Shown here: positions 1-12,877 of the stretch, piece after piece
Layout of the letters: every line of letters begins with the position of its first letter
How positions within the stretch are numbered: position 1 is the stretch's first letter
Origin: Microbotryum violaceum
Lineage: Eukaryota
Length of the DNA stretch: 64,000 nt
Assembly: GCA_001244265.2 (NCBI GenBank)
Contig: CDLV01000008.1
Coordinates: forward strand, 496,001 to 560,000
Reading direction: 5' to 3'
Program-made: the position numbers and the translations under genes
The notes under the pieces: model-generated
What the model saw: only the letters and a program-made list of their open reading frames with translations
The model's database searches: none
Told to the model about the DNA's origin: nothing

Positions 1-570
1 GCCGCCTCGAGGTTCCCCCCAATGGAATCGTTTGCCCCCCGCTCGTGACGGACGACGAACACGTTGAAAGCGAATGTGACTGACCGCATCCTGCTTGAGC
101 TTGTCGCCGAGCGTGTTCCTCATCGTGGTCAATTTGCTAAGCAGACCATTGTACTTGTCCTCGAAGGCCTGTTTGTCCTCGCGTGTGCGCTGCAGCTCCC
201 ACTCGAGCTCGGCGACGCGGTCCGTCCCGTCTAGAATTGGGCCGGCCTCGCCGTGTTCGTGCTCGTGTTCTTCAGGGTGGTGTGCTTCCTCTTCTGTCGG
301 CGCCTCTTGGGGGTCATGTCCATTGGTGATGGTAGCTGTGTCGTCCCGCGCGTGCTCTTGTGCATGTTCTGGCCCGTGCTGTTCGTGTTCTGTCTCTGTC
401 TCTGGGCCGTGATCGTGGAGCGGCTGGGGTTGGTGATGCTGCTCCTCGACGTCGGCGTCGGGCGTCGCACGGTCCATCGCCTGCGAGTCGTCCTCGTTCC
501 CAAACCACGAAGCATCATCCTGCTCAGCATGCTCGAAAGGGTTCGGCGTGTCACCTTCTTCGGCCATCAT
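1..570 (-). CDS. RUD3: Rud3/GMAP-210-like golgin, 5' part (runs off the window edge)
   Basis: ATG at 570. An acidic, His-rich N-terminus leads into coiled-coil RVAELEWELQRTREDKQAFEDKYNGLLSKLTTMRNTLGDKLKQDA, resembling the fungal Rud3 motif. GTCAGT donor at 84. Confidence 0.6.
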   Translation of the reverse strand, partial: MMAEEGDTPNPFEHAEQDDASWFGNEDDSQAMDRATPDADVEEQHHQPQPLHDHGPETETEHEQHGPEHAQEHARDDTATITNGHDPQEAPTEEEAHHPEEHEHEHGEAGPILDGTDRVAELEWELQRTREDKQAFEDKYNGLLSKLTTMRNTLGDKLKQDAVSHIRFQRVRRPSRAGGKRFHWGEPRGG

Positions 571-3136
571 CCTGGGCCCGTCAAAATCGCACACCAGCTC
601 GAGTCGGTCCGCTCAATCGTCGGCTTCGTCGGCTGAGCGCTGAGCACTGCTGGATGGTGGGGAGCCAGGAGCACCAACGGCGGTGTGCCCAGCGCGCCTC
701 TGGCTAGCTCGGCGATCCCGGTTGCATTACAAGCTTGACCTACCGGCCTATTGTTGTAGTAACACCGAAATCGAACCTTCGCAGCAGGGCAGCGGGTGAG
801 CAATACTGTGTGGAGACAACTCAGGAGCAAGCTTTCAGAAAAATGTCGCGACGAAAATCAGCGCATCAAGCTTGCACAAAGTACCGCTTGTCTCTGACGT
901 GGTCCGGCCGCCGGGAAAGACGGACAACCCGGTCAACTTTTCGGACATGCTTCGATTGAAGATATTCAGAAAAAAAGAAAAGCCCGACGATGCGTAGGAA
1001 GATCATTGGGCCGATGCAGTACAGCAGAAAGCGGACTTGTGATCTTCCCACCAGCCTTGGTAGATCGAAAACGTTGCACATCACAACGTGCCAATCGCTC
1101 ACGCACAACTCGCGGCGACGTCAACTGCTGGCCGCCACCGCTGATAGAGGCTCCTAACCCCCGCGCTCTCGGAAAGAGGGGGTGTTTTTGTGCCGTTCGA
1201 GCGGGCCTTGGACCGATGTGATCTGGAGTTTCCTTCTGTGATTCCTGGTTTGAGAATGAGCTAGCTTGCGCACCTCAACAGGACGCTTGCGGCAGCGCTG
1301 GCGTTCGCCAGGAAAGTTGAGCATGTGCAGGTGCAGCCCGGTAGCCGACAGCCTCGTACGCCTCTTGTCCTCGGACTCCCAGAGTGGGAAGAACAGGCAA
1401 TTGAACTACACGTTCTCTCTTTTTCCCCGCAACATCGCCGTACACGCCTATTCACCCGCTCGCTTGCATCAACGGCTGAGGAAAGCTGCGCCCGGCGGGG
1501 ACAGATTGACCGCGGGCCGCGGCCAAAAGCGTGAAAGCCGATTGTGTCTTCACGTCCCTTCGGGGACGCGGATCGACGCCGAACAGGGGTTACTTGGACT
1601 CAGCGCTCCGGAGATCGGAGCCTCGAAACCCTCGATCGCGGTAAAATTGACGCTCTCACGTAAGGGGCCGACCCATTCGTACCGCACGGTGACGAATTAA
1701 AGCATGCAGCAGCACTTGACGGATGCATGTCGTGCGGGGAGACGAGGATGGCTGGATCAGACGCGAACCCCCCAAATCGCTTCTGCTCTCGTCCATCACC
1801 GCAGTTCCCATCTCGCGAGTCCACACTTGCAGATGCGATCCACCATTCTAGCGGACTTGATTCTCCTCCCTCCAACAGCCCCTCATTTGGAAATCCCCTT
1901 TAACCCGACCGTGGCAAAGCCCAATGGGAGTCTCGTTCAATAACCGTCAAAAGAACACGATCTCAACCCAGCCCAGACTCAAAGCGCGGAGTAAGAAGAG
2001 GTTCAAATAAGCCTGACAAGACCTAGGTACCGAGACTTGTTCCCTGATGACCCCGTTGGTCTTGTAAGTATAGCAAGGGTATCTACTACATCAGGTCAGA
2101 GCATCTGAAGATGTCCCCGCTCCTTGACGGCATCTTGGATTGCGCCCAAATATGCCATGCCAAATACTCTGGATGCAAACCTCCGCCGCCAACGCCCCGT
2201 CAATTCCTCCCTTCTCACAACCCGTCCATATTGCTTCTCTTACTATTTTTGCTTTGCTCCTGGACATTGTAACGATGGGATGCCCTCGAAAACTGGACTT
2301 GCAACAAGAGCAAACCCCCCATCGATAGCGTCGTAATAGGCGCGAATGCTCCTGAGCGGGACTGCCGCTGCACGCTCCGTTCCTCGGCGTTCTCACTCAA
2401 GCATGCGTTTTTCAACTCTCAGAATTGGACGCCACGACAAGGCTGCCCCGAAAGGTGCGGAGGCTGCATCGCGGCCGAGTCGCTTCTCGCGGGACCGACT
2501 GCGCACAACGGACTCGGCTAGCCGTTGCCACCGATCACTGCAGGCGTCCTCACCACAGTTTACCAGGCCCCACGGCGAATGAACAGATGAATCCCTGACT
2601 CTGTGTTTATACCGTGATCATCTTTGGTAAGCCACCGGCTCACCTTCGAAAAGCCTTGCCACAGTTGCAGCCCTCGCCTTCCGAGTATCCTTCTGCCGTC
2701 CACCAAAGCTCTTCCCTCCCCTATCATCTCTACGCCTACGTCTCCAGCCCCACCGAAGCCGAACCGACCTCTTGAACTCAAAGCCATTGACGGAAAACCG
2801 TTCTTAATCGAAGCACAGAACCCTTGGCCAGGAGATGGGTGCCGACTCATTTGTGCTTGTTTATGAGAGGATTCATATCGCACTTGGTTCACTATTCAGG
2901 AGGCCGCAATAGGTGTTTGTATTGAGCTTGTCTCGGCCTAGTAGGAGAAAAAGCGTATGCACGTTTGAAGACACGTCCGCTCACGTTTGACTTCGTCTTC
3001 GGTTTAGCATCTGGAACTGCGTGCAGTCGTGACATGTCAACGATCTCGAATACAAACCTCATCTAGCTGGGAGCGCCTTCTACCCTAAGCTCGACGCCCC
3101 TTCAGAGGGAGGGCTTAGCTGAGCTTACTTCTACCC

Positions 3137-6100
3137 TTTTTTTTATCTAATAGATTTCATTAACAGCATATCTATATTAATGCCTAAAAATCCTCGGAAA
3201 AGACGGAGGGAATGCAGTTAAGCACACTGGCGAGGCCAGTAGTGTGGGACTCGTTGACCTTGGAACAAAATCAACCATACCCACTAAAACCCCCTTAGGC
3301 GGTTACAGCGAAACCAGTCGTCCCTTGGACTCCTGGATGGACGCGCGGAGCTCCTCAAATGCCGTTTCGGCGATCGGCTCCAGAGGATCCGACGAAAATC
3401 GACGGCGACGAGAGAGCTTCCAGATCGCGTGGAAGAAGAGTAGACGCAGCTCGACGGGTCGGCGTTCCGAGCGAGAAACGACCGGGCACACGAACTGAAC
3501 AAAGTCGGGGTGTGGGATAGGAGTGAGCGCAGACCAGAGGCGGCGGGCAAACGGGCAACCGACCGCAAGGTGTGCCAGGGTCTCCGGAGCCTCCGACAGG
3601 CACATGACACATGCGGTAGATCGATTGTGGAGAGAACGGCTATTTGGAGAAGCGATTTGGCTACCTGGATGAAGTGAACCTAGGGAGAGGAGGTGGGCCG
3701 TGTCTTCGGCGTCCGAATGAACCCTGCGAATCTTGCGTAGCGCCTTCCACCAGGCATTCCAGCGTTGCTCGGGAGACAGAAAACCCTCTGATGACCGAGA
3801 GGGAGGATAGGAGGGTAGAGGAAGGCTTGGTGGCGTTTGGACGCGTTCACAAACGAAGACGGAGTCATCACCTCGCCATCGGGTCCTCGGAAAAGCGTCG
3901 GGTTCACCGAGAGTCGGATTCCGTGGCCTGCTGGGAAGTAGAGGACGTGTGTTGCCCACCGCTCCAGATTCGGGCTCTTGGAAAGTTCGGGGGGTTCAGC
4001 GTTGTCACCAAATCCCAGGCTTCGAAAAAGCGGATCCATCGTGGAGGGAGCAGGGCCTTCGTCTTCCTCACTGCGCGTTCCCACTGTGGAGGAGGGTGGC
4101 AAAAGTAGGCCCACCAGATCCAGACCCACGAGCGACGATGTGGGTTGGGGCCTGATTTGGGCAAGGTAAAGGGGGTGCGTTCGTTCGCCGCCTGAAGGCG
4201 AGTGCGGATGTCGAAGAGGTGCCGAATGAAGCAGCCGTCCGGGTCCCGAAGATGAAAGACCCACTTGGCGTGATCGACCGCGAGGCGCCGAGGTAAGTCA
4301 ATCAAGCCAAAGCCGCCGTGGTCGAGAGGGGTGCAGAGGCGCAGCCGAGAGACCTTCGGGGTTTCTGAGATCCGTCCGAGGCTCGACCGTGGATAGCGAT
4401 CATGACCGCGTCCTCGATCTCCTTGACGACGCTCTTGGAAGCTGGGATGAAACGATTATGGTAGAGAATCTTCGTGTAGCAGTAGATATTGATTATCGAA
4501 CATTTCGCTGCGTACGGAAGGTCGTACATTGGGATGGATCGTATCCGGGCGACGGTCGCGGACTTGACCTCCTCCCAGCCCGCATCCTCGGCGATGTCCA
4601 CCCCAACCTGCACTCCCAGGTAACGAAACTGCGAGTCGCTGAGACGCCAGGACCCGAGGTGTGAAGGGATCGGACGGTCCCTGAATGACCCGAGGGGGTA
4701 GAGGAAAGATTTGGCGTTGCTGAGCTTGCTGGCACTTGCCCGCTCGTACAGCTCGATCGCCCGATTGAGGTGGTCGAGGTCCGAGGTGTCGTGGAGAGCA
4801 CAGCAGGCATCGTCGGCAAAGAGAAGTTCTCGTATGGTTGGGAGTCCCGGGCTCGCGATGCCCTTGACTTGTGACCGCAACTGTACGGCGAAGCCCTCAA
4901 TTGCGAGAACGAAGAGCGACGGAGCCAGCGGGTCGCCTTGTCGAACTCCCGAGAGGATATCGAACGCGGCCGAGAGCCATCCGTTGAGGTAGATTGAGGC
5001 GGATTGGTTTGTATAGGTCGCTCGGTACCATTGGCAGGCTTTCGGGCCAAGGCCAACGGCGCTGAGGACTGCATCGATGTAGGTGTGGGAAAGACGGTCG
5101 TAAGCCTTCTCGAAGTCCATCACTGCGAGCAGACCGGACACCGGCTCTGAACCCGGGAGCCCAGGATCCATGAGACACTGCACCTCGGCGATGTTCGTGC
5201 CAATCCAGCGGTTCGGAATGAAACCGCGCTGGGTCGAGCCGATCAGGGTCTCGAGCAGAGGGGCAAGGCGCTGGTTGTGGGCTTGGGAGATGATGCGTTC
5301 ATCAGCGTTGATGAGTGATATGGGGCGTTTGTTCACCAGCCGATCCTCTCGCCGCGCTTGTGGATGAGGTGGATGTGGGCAGTGTGGCGGGCCGACGTTC
5401 GAGAACTGGCGTCGTCGGTGGGGATCGAGTTGATGACGTCGCGGAGGATGGGGCCTGTGGCTGTCCACGTTGCGCGGTAAAACTCGACCGGGAGACCGTC
5501 GGGTCCAGGCGAGGAGTTCGACTTACACGCCTCTTGTGCCTTTGTTATCTCCTCTAGGGGTACACTCCTTCGAGCTTGTCCGAATCGGCAGGGGATAGGC
5601 GAGTCGAGGCGAGACCGTCGATAATCTTCTCCAAGGCGTCGTCATCGATAGCGCGATCCTCGTAGACCCCTTCGAAGTACTTGCTAGCGGCTCCAAGCAT
5701 CGAGTCGGGGTCGGAGTGGACGACATTGTCGACCGAGAGGGAAGGGATGAGGTCGGATGCGCGCACTTTGCGTAGGCGGATGAAGATGGAAGATGGGCCC
5801 GCGAGGGAAGGATCAATGCGGGACCGCAGCGCCGCGCCGTAGCGCGAGTGATCTGCCTTCGCCTCCTCCGATCCTCCACGTCGGAAGCGGGCAAGTGTGC
5901 GAGCCAGAGCCTGAAGCTCGGGCAGCAAGTGTTGTTTGGTGGACGTCCAAGCTGCTGATGGGTCGTCGGGCGTCTGGAGGAGGGCTTCATTGTAGAGGGC
6001 CTGGACAGTGGAAGTGAGGTATTCGCAGGTCGCGTCGCCCTCGATCACGTGCAAACCCAACTTGAATTTACCCGGACCGATGTCGATTGCGCCCGGCACT

Positions 6101-7300
6101 TGGAACCGCGCCGCCACCATCGAGTGCGTCGATTTGAGGACAGGAGCCCAGATTTTGTGGTCGTGGAAGAGGTCGACCCAATCAGGCGAGACATAGATGC
6201 GGTCAAGGCGACGGCACGTGCCGGGCGCTGAGCGATTCGTCGTGGCTCGTCCTTTGGGATGGTGAAGCCGATAGACATCAAAGAGGTTGTTGGCCGTGGC
6301 AAGGTCGCGCATCTCCTGGCCCCCATAATTCGTCCCGTTTTGGTTCTCCGAATCGAGGGGTTGGGACTCAACACAATTCCAGTCCCCCCCGACTAAGAGC
6401 GCAGGCGGCGAGGGCTCGTCGCGCACGACTTGTCGGAGGGCTGTGCTGAGATGTGAGAGGAAACGCTTTTTGTCTGGCTTGTCGGAGGAAGGCGCGTATA
6501 TTGATACAACCCGGATTTTTGAGTCTCCCACGCGAAAGGTGGCGTCGGTGACTCGGTCGGGGAAAGCGAAAGAGGCACGAAGAGTGTTGGGAGGTGACTC
6601 GGGATCAATAGTGATGACCACGGAGTCGCTCTTCCAGAGTATAGCGGTGTTGTTGAGAGGAGTGAAAAGAGCGGAGAGCTTTAAGTCTTGGCACTCCTGA
6701 GTCCACTGGGCAACCCTTTCCGGGGAAGGTCGGCCCGTTTCGCTCAGGAGAAAGACATCGGCGTTATGGGAGCGGAGATTGGAGAAAAGAGAGGCACGCT
6801 TACGATCTTCATTGATTGACTGCACGTTGGCAGCAACAAAAGACACGTTTGGGATCTTAATTGTGCTCATCGTCTTGCTCCATAACGTCGTCCACGTCCT
6901 CGGGGGGTGCTTCTTGGTCTTTGCCTTCTTCTTCGGCATCTTCGTCGGCGTCGGTGGCATCGGGTCGGGCTTTGATCGCTGAGGGCAACGGCGAGGAGGG
7001 CCGGGGGTTCGGCTCGGAGGCTTCGGGGGCAGGCGGAGTGGGCGGGTCTTCACGAGTGGCTGGTGTGGAGAGGGCAGCAATTGACTGGGAACGAGTGATG
7101 ATCGTCTTTGGCGTTGGTGTGGCCGGAGCAGGGCTTGGGGGCGAAGGGGTCGTCTCCGAACTGGGGGACTCGGAGGATTTTTCAACGAGGGGAGGGGCAG
7201 TTGACTGGTTGGAGGCGGGCAGGGGGGCGGAGTTGGGAGGGAAATTGAAGGAGAAACCGGGGCGAGGAGTGTCTTCAGCGCAATTGTAATCGCGTTGCTG
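3137..7300 (-). mobile_element. Non-LTR retrotransposon (L1/Tx1-like LINE), 5'-truncated and frameshifted
   Basis: Order on the minus strand: ORF1 C-terminus (stop at 6857), ORF2 with APE endonuclease, RT and C-terminal CCHC zinc knuckle, 3' UTR, then an A8 tail (T run at 3137-3144 on +). The 5' boundary is approximate. Confidence 0.92.
3303..6870 (-). pseudogene. LINE ORF2 (APE endonuclease, reverse transcriptase, zf-RVT), broken by several frameshifts
   Basis: APE motifs ANVQSIN, LSET, SIYAP, GGDWN, RRLDRIYVS. RT motifs SPGPDGLPVEFY, RPISLIN, DFEKAYD, GVRQGDPLAP, LFADD, YLGV. C-terminal CVMC-x8-H-x4-C. Frame changes near 5555, 5350, 4350 and 3960-3700. Confidence 0.9.
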
Positions 7301-7539
7301 GGATGAGGAGATTAGCATAATTTGCGTCTGCAACGGGCGCGGACGCAAGGCGAATGGCATCGACAGACAAAATAAAAAGAATGCTTGTTTTTCATTTGAC
7401 ATTTTCAGCGAAAGATAGACCAGCTACAAATGGAAGATCACCATGGTCAAACGAACGCTCGCCAAAGAGATAGAAGCCCCATCCCGGGATAGACCCAATT
7501 GCTTAAGAGAAACGCATGATACGACTCGAGGTTCAATTT

Positions 7540-9779
7540 TTACATGGGGGAGGGTTGCGTAAGATTGATGTGCACGGCCTTGACGGCGGTGTAGTTGGCC
7601 AAGGCGTACTCGCCGAGCTCGCGACCGATACCAGACTGCTTGAAGCCACCGAAAGGAACGGACGAATGCAACTGGTTGTAGCAATTGACCCAGACCGTAC
7701 CGGCCTTGACGGCGTTGGCGGTATTGATCGCTCGCGAGATGTCCCGCGAGAAAACGGCGGCGGCGAGGCCGTACATGGTGTCGTTGGCCTGGGCGATGAC
7801 ATCAGCCTCGTCCTTGAACTTGGCGACGACGACAACGGGGCCGAAGATCTCCTCCTTGACGATCTTCATGTCGGGCTTGACGTCCGTGAAGATGGTCGGT
7901 TGGATGAAGAAACCCTCGGTGCCATGTCGCTCACCACCAATGTGGACCGTGGCACCCTCGTCCTTCCCGGACTGGATGTGAGCCTGGATTCGGTCGTACT
8001 GAAGCTGCGAGGTCTGCGGGCCTTGGAACGTGTCGGCGGCGAAGGGGGAGCCGACCTTGATCGTCTTGACCTTGGCCGTGAGCGCATCGAGGAACTTGTC
8101 GTAGATGCCCTCCTGGACGAAGATACGCGAACCGGCGCAGCATGCTTGGCCGTGGTTGAAGAAGAGACCGAAAGTCGACCACGAGACGGCTTGGTCGAAA
8201 TCGGCGTCGTCGAAGATGATGTTGGGCGACTTGCCACCGAGTTCGAGGGTGACAGCCTTCAAGTTGGAAGTAGCAGCGGCCTTCATGATGGTTCGGCCGA
8301 CCAAGGTCGATCCGGTGAAAGCGACCTTCTCGATGCCCATGTGCGAGGAGATGGCGGCGCCGGCGATTGCACCGTAACCGGTCACAATGTTGACGACTCC
8401 GGGGGGGAAGATCTTGGCGATCAAAGTCGAGACATAGAAGGCGGAGAGAGGGGTCGTCTCGGCGACCTTGATAACAATGGTGTTACCGGTGGCGAGAGCG
8501 GGACCGAGCTTCCACGCAAACATGAGGATGGGGAAATTCCAGGGGATGATCTGGCCGACGACACCGAGGGGCTCGTGGCGGGTGTAGGCCATCTTGGAAT
8601 CCATGACCTCGACGACCTTTCCGTGGTTCTTGTCAGCCCATCCACCGTAGTACCTGGATTGGGAAAGATTCGGGCACGTTTGTTAGTGACTGCGGTCGAC
8701 AGGAGGCGAGTAGGGGCACGAAAGGAAATCGCCAAGCAAAAGCTCACCTCAAGCATGCGGCAGCCTCGGACACATCGAAGTGGCGGGCGTAGACGTAGGC
8801 CTTGCCGTTGTCTGCATAAGTGTAAGCCGGGATGCTAAATGATCAGTTCACTGGAGGAGCTACCTACTGTTGGATAAGTCATGTGTGTGACATGCAAGCG
8901 CGCGCTCGCGTCGCAGGGCCGTGAAGCGGAGATGAAGACCTTGGAATCGGAAGTTGCGCGAGACCCGGGAAGACTTACCGAGCGATTCGATGGAGGCGAT
9001 TGTGTCGGCGTGTTCCTCGATGGCCTCGGCCAAAGCGATGAGCATTCTATTCAGTCGAACCAATGCCTTCGTCAGTAGATGATCGGACAAGGGTAAAGCT
9101 GTTGTGCAAAAGTCGACTCGGACTCACTTTCCTCGCTCGTGACCGGGGGTCTTCACACCCCAGACCGTGTCGAAGGCCTTTTGCGCAGCCTCGACGGCGA
9201 TGTCGATATCACTAAGAAGAAAAGACAAGAACAAGGGTCAAATTCTGTATCTATGGGCGCAAACCAAAAGCATCGCGAAATGAAGGGAACCACAGAACCA
9301 AGCGCCTGCAACCCGGTTAAAGAAGAGTCGAGCATGGCCCGGGCGCGGCGCTAGCCCAAGGAAAGAGGACAGCAGCACTTACGCGGCGGTGGCCTCGGCA
9401 ACGACCCCGACCTTCTTGTCGGTGGTAGGGTTGATGACATCGATGGTTCGGCCCTCGACACCGGGGACGTGCTCTGTTGGTTAGAGTGGGAGCCGCAGAC
9501 GTGGATGGGTGAAGTTGGTGTGGGCGTGGGCGAGGTGGGGCGGGCAGCGGGCGCAGCCGGCATGGAAAAAAGGTGGGGCGCAACACGGGGCAGTGGGGGA
9601 ACTCGTCAGCCACCGCACTGGGCTAGTCACTGTGCAATGTGGTGGGGAGCAGGTACGTACTGTTGTTGATGAAGAGACCGGTCGAGAAGGAGACTTTGGG
9701 GACTGTGGTGTGAAGTAGGACGAGCAGCACGGAGGGCGGGGGTCAGCCAAACTGATCGGGACCACGTTGCGCGGCAACA

Positions 9780-9846
<67 letters not shown>

Positions 9847-9921
9847 AGATGACCGGGATGGAAGTTAAAGCTGACTGTGGTGGCCTTCAGGGAAAACCAA
9901 ATCAACGGAGGGGGCAGACAT
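7540..9921 (-). CDS. NAD(P)-dependent aldehyde dehydrogenase (ALDH1/2 class), multi-exon
   Basis: Spliced N-terminus MSAPSVDLVFPEGHHIPKVSFSTGLFINN. Motifs IIPWNFP, AFTGST, LELGGKSP, HGQACCAGSR, EEIFGPV, PFGGFKQSGIGRELG. Confidence 0.97.
9781..9846. repeat. Perfect (CGA)22 microsatellite in ALDH intron 1
   Basis: Directly visible. Confidence 0.98.
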
Positions 9922-10957
9922 GATGATGTAAGTGAGGTGTATGTGTGTTTGGCTAAGATTAGTAAGGGGGGAGTGAAAGGTCTGAACAGGATGCGGGGGA
10001 GGGAGGGGAAGAGGAAGAGGAAGAGGAAGAGAGAAGAGGGGTATAACGTCGATCGTCCTGCTGCGCCAGTCACCAAAAAAGTGGCGCCCGGAACGACCGA
10101 CTGACTTGAATGGTCCTCGAGCGCCGTCACCGACAAGCGCTCGTCTTTGCGGTGACGACTAATAGCCGTCCCCGCAATCTCGACTCGGAGTGTGTGGTGG
10201 TGGACCTTTTCGAATTCGGCGCTAAAAAGATGTCCAACTTGTGGGCCTGGGAACGGCCCTGACCGAACCCAGAAAAACGTTGAGCCCCACCAAGCTCTAG
10301 GATTCCTGACTAATGGTCACGACCCCGCTCAGGCCTCCACTTGTGCACCCGGAAATCGGTCCCGTGATCACTCGACGGGGCGACTGCCCGGCGAGTCTCG
10401 GAAATGTGTTACTGAGCCTGTCTCACTGCCATGAACAGAGCATGGGCAATAGAAGATACAGTACGATCTGCATTACAAAAAACCGCTTCCGTGTGCATTG
10501 TTGTCTGCTCTCAAGCCCTGTCTACCAGCAGTCGAGTGCCGACGATGAAATCGCGGGAGCCGGAGCCGTCGGAAGCCAGTTGTCGTTGCCGAGGCTTCTG
10601 GAGAGCGGAGAAAGGCCCCGGTCGATCGCTGGAGTTTCCCATCTCCGAGGAAACCGCGTCCTACATGACTTACGGTCCAGAGGCTATTCGAGTGGGCTCC
10701 ACATCTTCCAAATGCCCTCATGGAAGTCGTTTCCAGTGACGAAACGATTCGCTGTCAGACACGCGTTGTAAAGCGACGTATGGCCCCCTCTACGGCGAAC
10801 GGAAGCGCCCCCACATTGACAAGTGGCGCTCCATCATGTGCGAAGTCGAAGTCGTTTCGCAGAGCTCTGATCTCTCGCCGGATCTACCAGATATATAGAA
10901 CCCCTGATCGTACTACAACAAGTGCCTACACATCGGTTCAATTTCTCTTCCAGCCGC

Positions 10958-12002
10958 TCACTGATGCTGAATCTCGATCGGCTTCCCCGGCGCCCACTCT
11001 CGACAGACATTCTCGACGTTCTCGAGGTACTTGAGCTTGATGATGGCGTCCTTGGCCAGCCCTAAATCAGGATTTTGCGCATCCTCGAACGCTTGAGAGA
11101 GCTTTTGGAACGTTTCGTCAATTTGATCTAGTTCGGCGGCAAATGGGTTGGGAGTCGTGAGCAATCTTGATCGTCTGGCGTAAAGGGTCGCAGTCTGCCT
11201 GCGAATGAACCTACTTTGGTTGTCTGACCGGATCTGTGCGACCTCCTCTTCGGTCTGAGCATCCTCCAAGGCCTCCCTTGTGTCCATGATGTCCATCAGC
11301 AACTCGGGGTCCGTCACGGCCTCTGCTTCGCCGATCTCGACTTGTGAGAGTTCAAGCTGCGACAGCAGTAGACAATGAGGAGCTGTAAGCACTGCTATCG
11401 CACCGATCCGAAAGATAATTCCTACTTGCCAAGTATTCTGCCCTCCTTCTTTTATCGACCAAGGTCTTGTACTCGTCGTTGACCCTCCCACTCCAGACTT
11501 TGGCCCACGTTTCCTTGTCCCCCTGACCGGCAAAGAGATCGGGATGAACCTTTTGCTGATACGTCAAGAAAGTGCGCTTGAGTTGAGCAAGATCGATCTC
11601 ATACTTGGGCTCAAGGTTGAAGAGTTGGAACGAGGTCGTGTCGGAGGGTGGAGGAGGGACGATGGAGGAACAGGAGGGGCAGATGGGGACGATGGAAGCG
11701 GGGAGAGCGCCTTGGCATGACGGACAAAGTCTTGATGACGCGGGCACGTTTTGAGTCGATGTAGATGCTGTCGATTGGAAGCGAGTGTAGGCCGAGATTG
11801 GCTGAGCACAATGCCGTCGAGTGCGATGTGTTCCGGCGCTAGGCGACGGCGCCGATGCGGCTGTGGCCGACGATGACGAAATGCTTGCGAAGCCACGATG
11901 AACCTTCGTGAATGCGATGCGGAGCGGAGCTGGGCAGGGCGTAGTCGCACGCACCAGTGCTCTCGAAATGATCCTAGTCGATGTTGAAGCTACGGACGAC
12001 AT
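10958..12002 (-). CDS. JAC1: Fe-S cluster co-chaperone Hsc20/Jac1
   Basis: Mitochondrial presequence, CxxC...CxxC module, J-domain KVHPDLF...VNDEYKTL, and C-terminal LMDIMDTREALE...KLKYLEN. Two introns. Confidence 0.92.
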
Positions 12003-12172
12003 GGCTGAGATGTAGTGAGTTAAGGTGAGTGCCGGGCAGAGGTGAGAAAGCAAGCGCTCGCCGTGTTGGGCCTGCCGCAGAGGGCCGATGGTCGTCGGCC
12101 GAGATCGGCGAGAGCGCTCGCGTTCATCCCCCACCTCTTGCCACCTCGCCCTACAAGAGTTCATACGCTACG

Positions 12173-12877
12173 ATGAGTTCAGCCATGCTTCAAACAACAC
12201 GATCCCTGCGATCGACCCTTCTCGCCCGCCCGATCCTTGCCCATCACCTTCTGACGACCTCCTCAATCCGTGCTTCCTCCTCCTCCTCCTCCTCCTCCTC
12301 CTCCTCGACCGACTCGGACCTGACCCACCCCGCTCTCCTCAAAGACCCCCCAGCGGAGAATCCTTCAACCGCAACTGATCCATGGACCCTCCAACCTCCC
12401 CCCCTCCCTCCGTCCCCTATGCCCGAAATGACCATGTCCCACCTCATGTCGACCCCTCATCCGGAAGGAAGGGACGAGGAACCCGTCGAAGTCTTGCGCA
12501 AGCGCTTGGTCTACGAATCGAGGAAGCGGGGGATCCTCGAGATGGATCTGATACTGTCGACGTTTGCGAAAAAGTGGTTGGCCGAGTTGAGTGAGAGGGA
12601 GCTGAGGGAATACGATCGAGTGAGTGATACCGCTTTTCTCTTCTTCCTTGTGGTCCGCTGGTAAGTGTGACAATGTGCTGACGACTTTTGCGGCTATGTC
12701 CGCCCCCTCATGCAGTTTTTGACCCTCCCGGACTGGTCCCTCTACTATTACGTGACGGGGAAAGCACCCGCACCTCAACCTTGGAAAGGCAGCTGGGTTC
12801 TACAGGCCTTGTTGGATCACGCCGAGAACCGAGGGAGGTCGATTCGAAGGATGCCCGATTTGGACACCAAGGCATAG
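12173..12877 (+). CDS. SDH5: Succinate dehydrogenase assembly factor 2 (flavinylation factor)
   Basis: RKRLVYESRKRGILEMDLILSTFA...YDR|FLTLPDWSLYYYVTG. One intron at ~12620-12715. Confidence 0.95.

Noticed and set aside
700-3060. Short ORFs in the gene-poor stretch
   Set aside because: No recognisable motifs or coherent splice structure.
7516-8838. 440-aa plus-strand ORF
   Set aside because: Antisense shadow of the codon-biased ALDH exon.
9627-10136. Poly-Arg ORF
   Set aside because: Translation artefact of the intronic (CGA)n tract.
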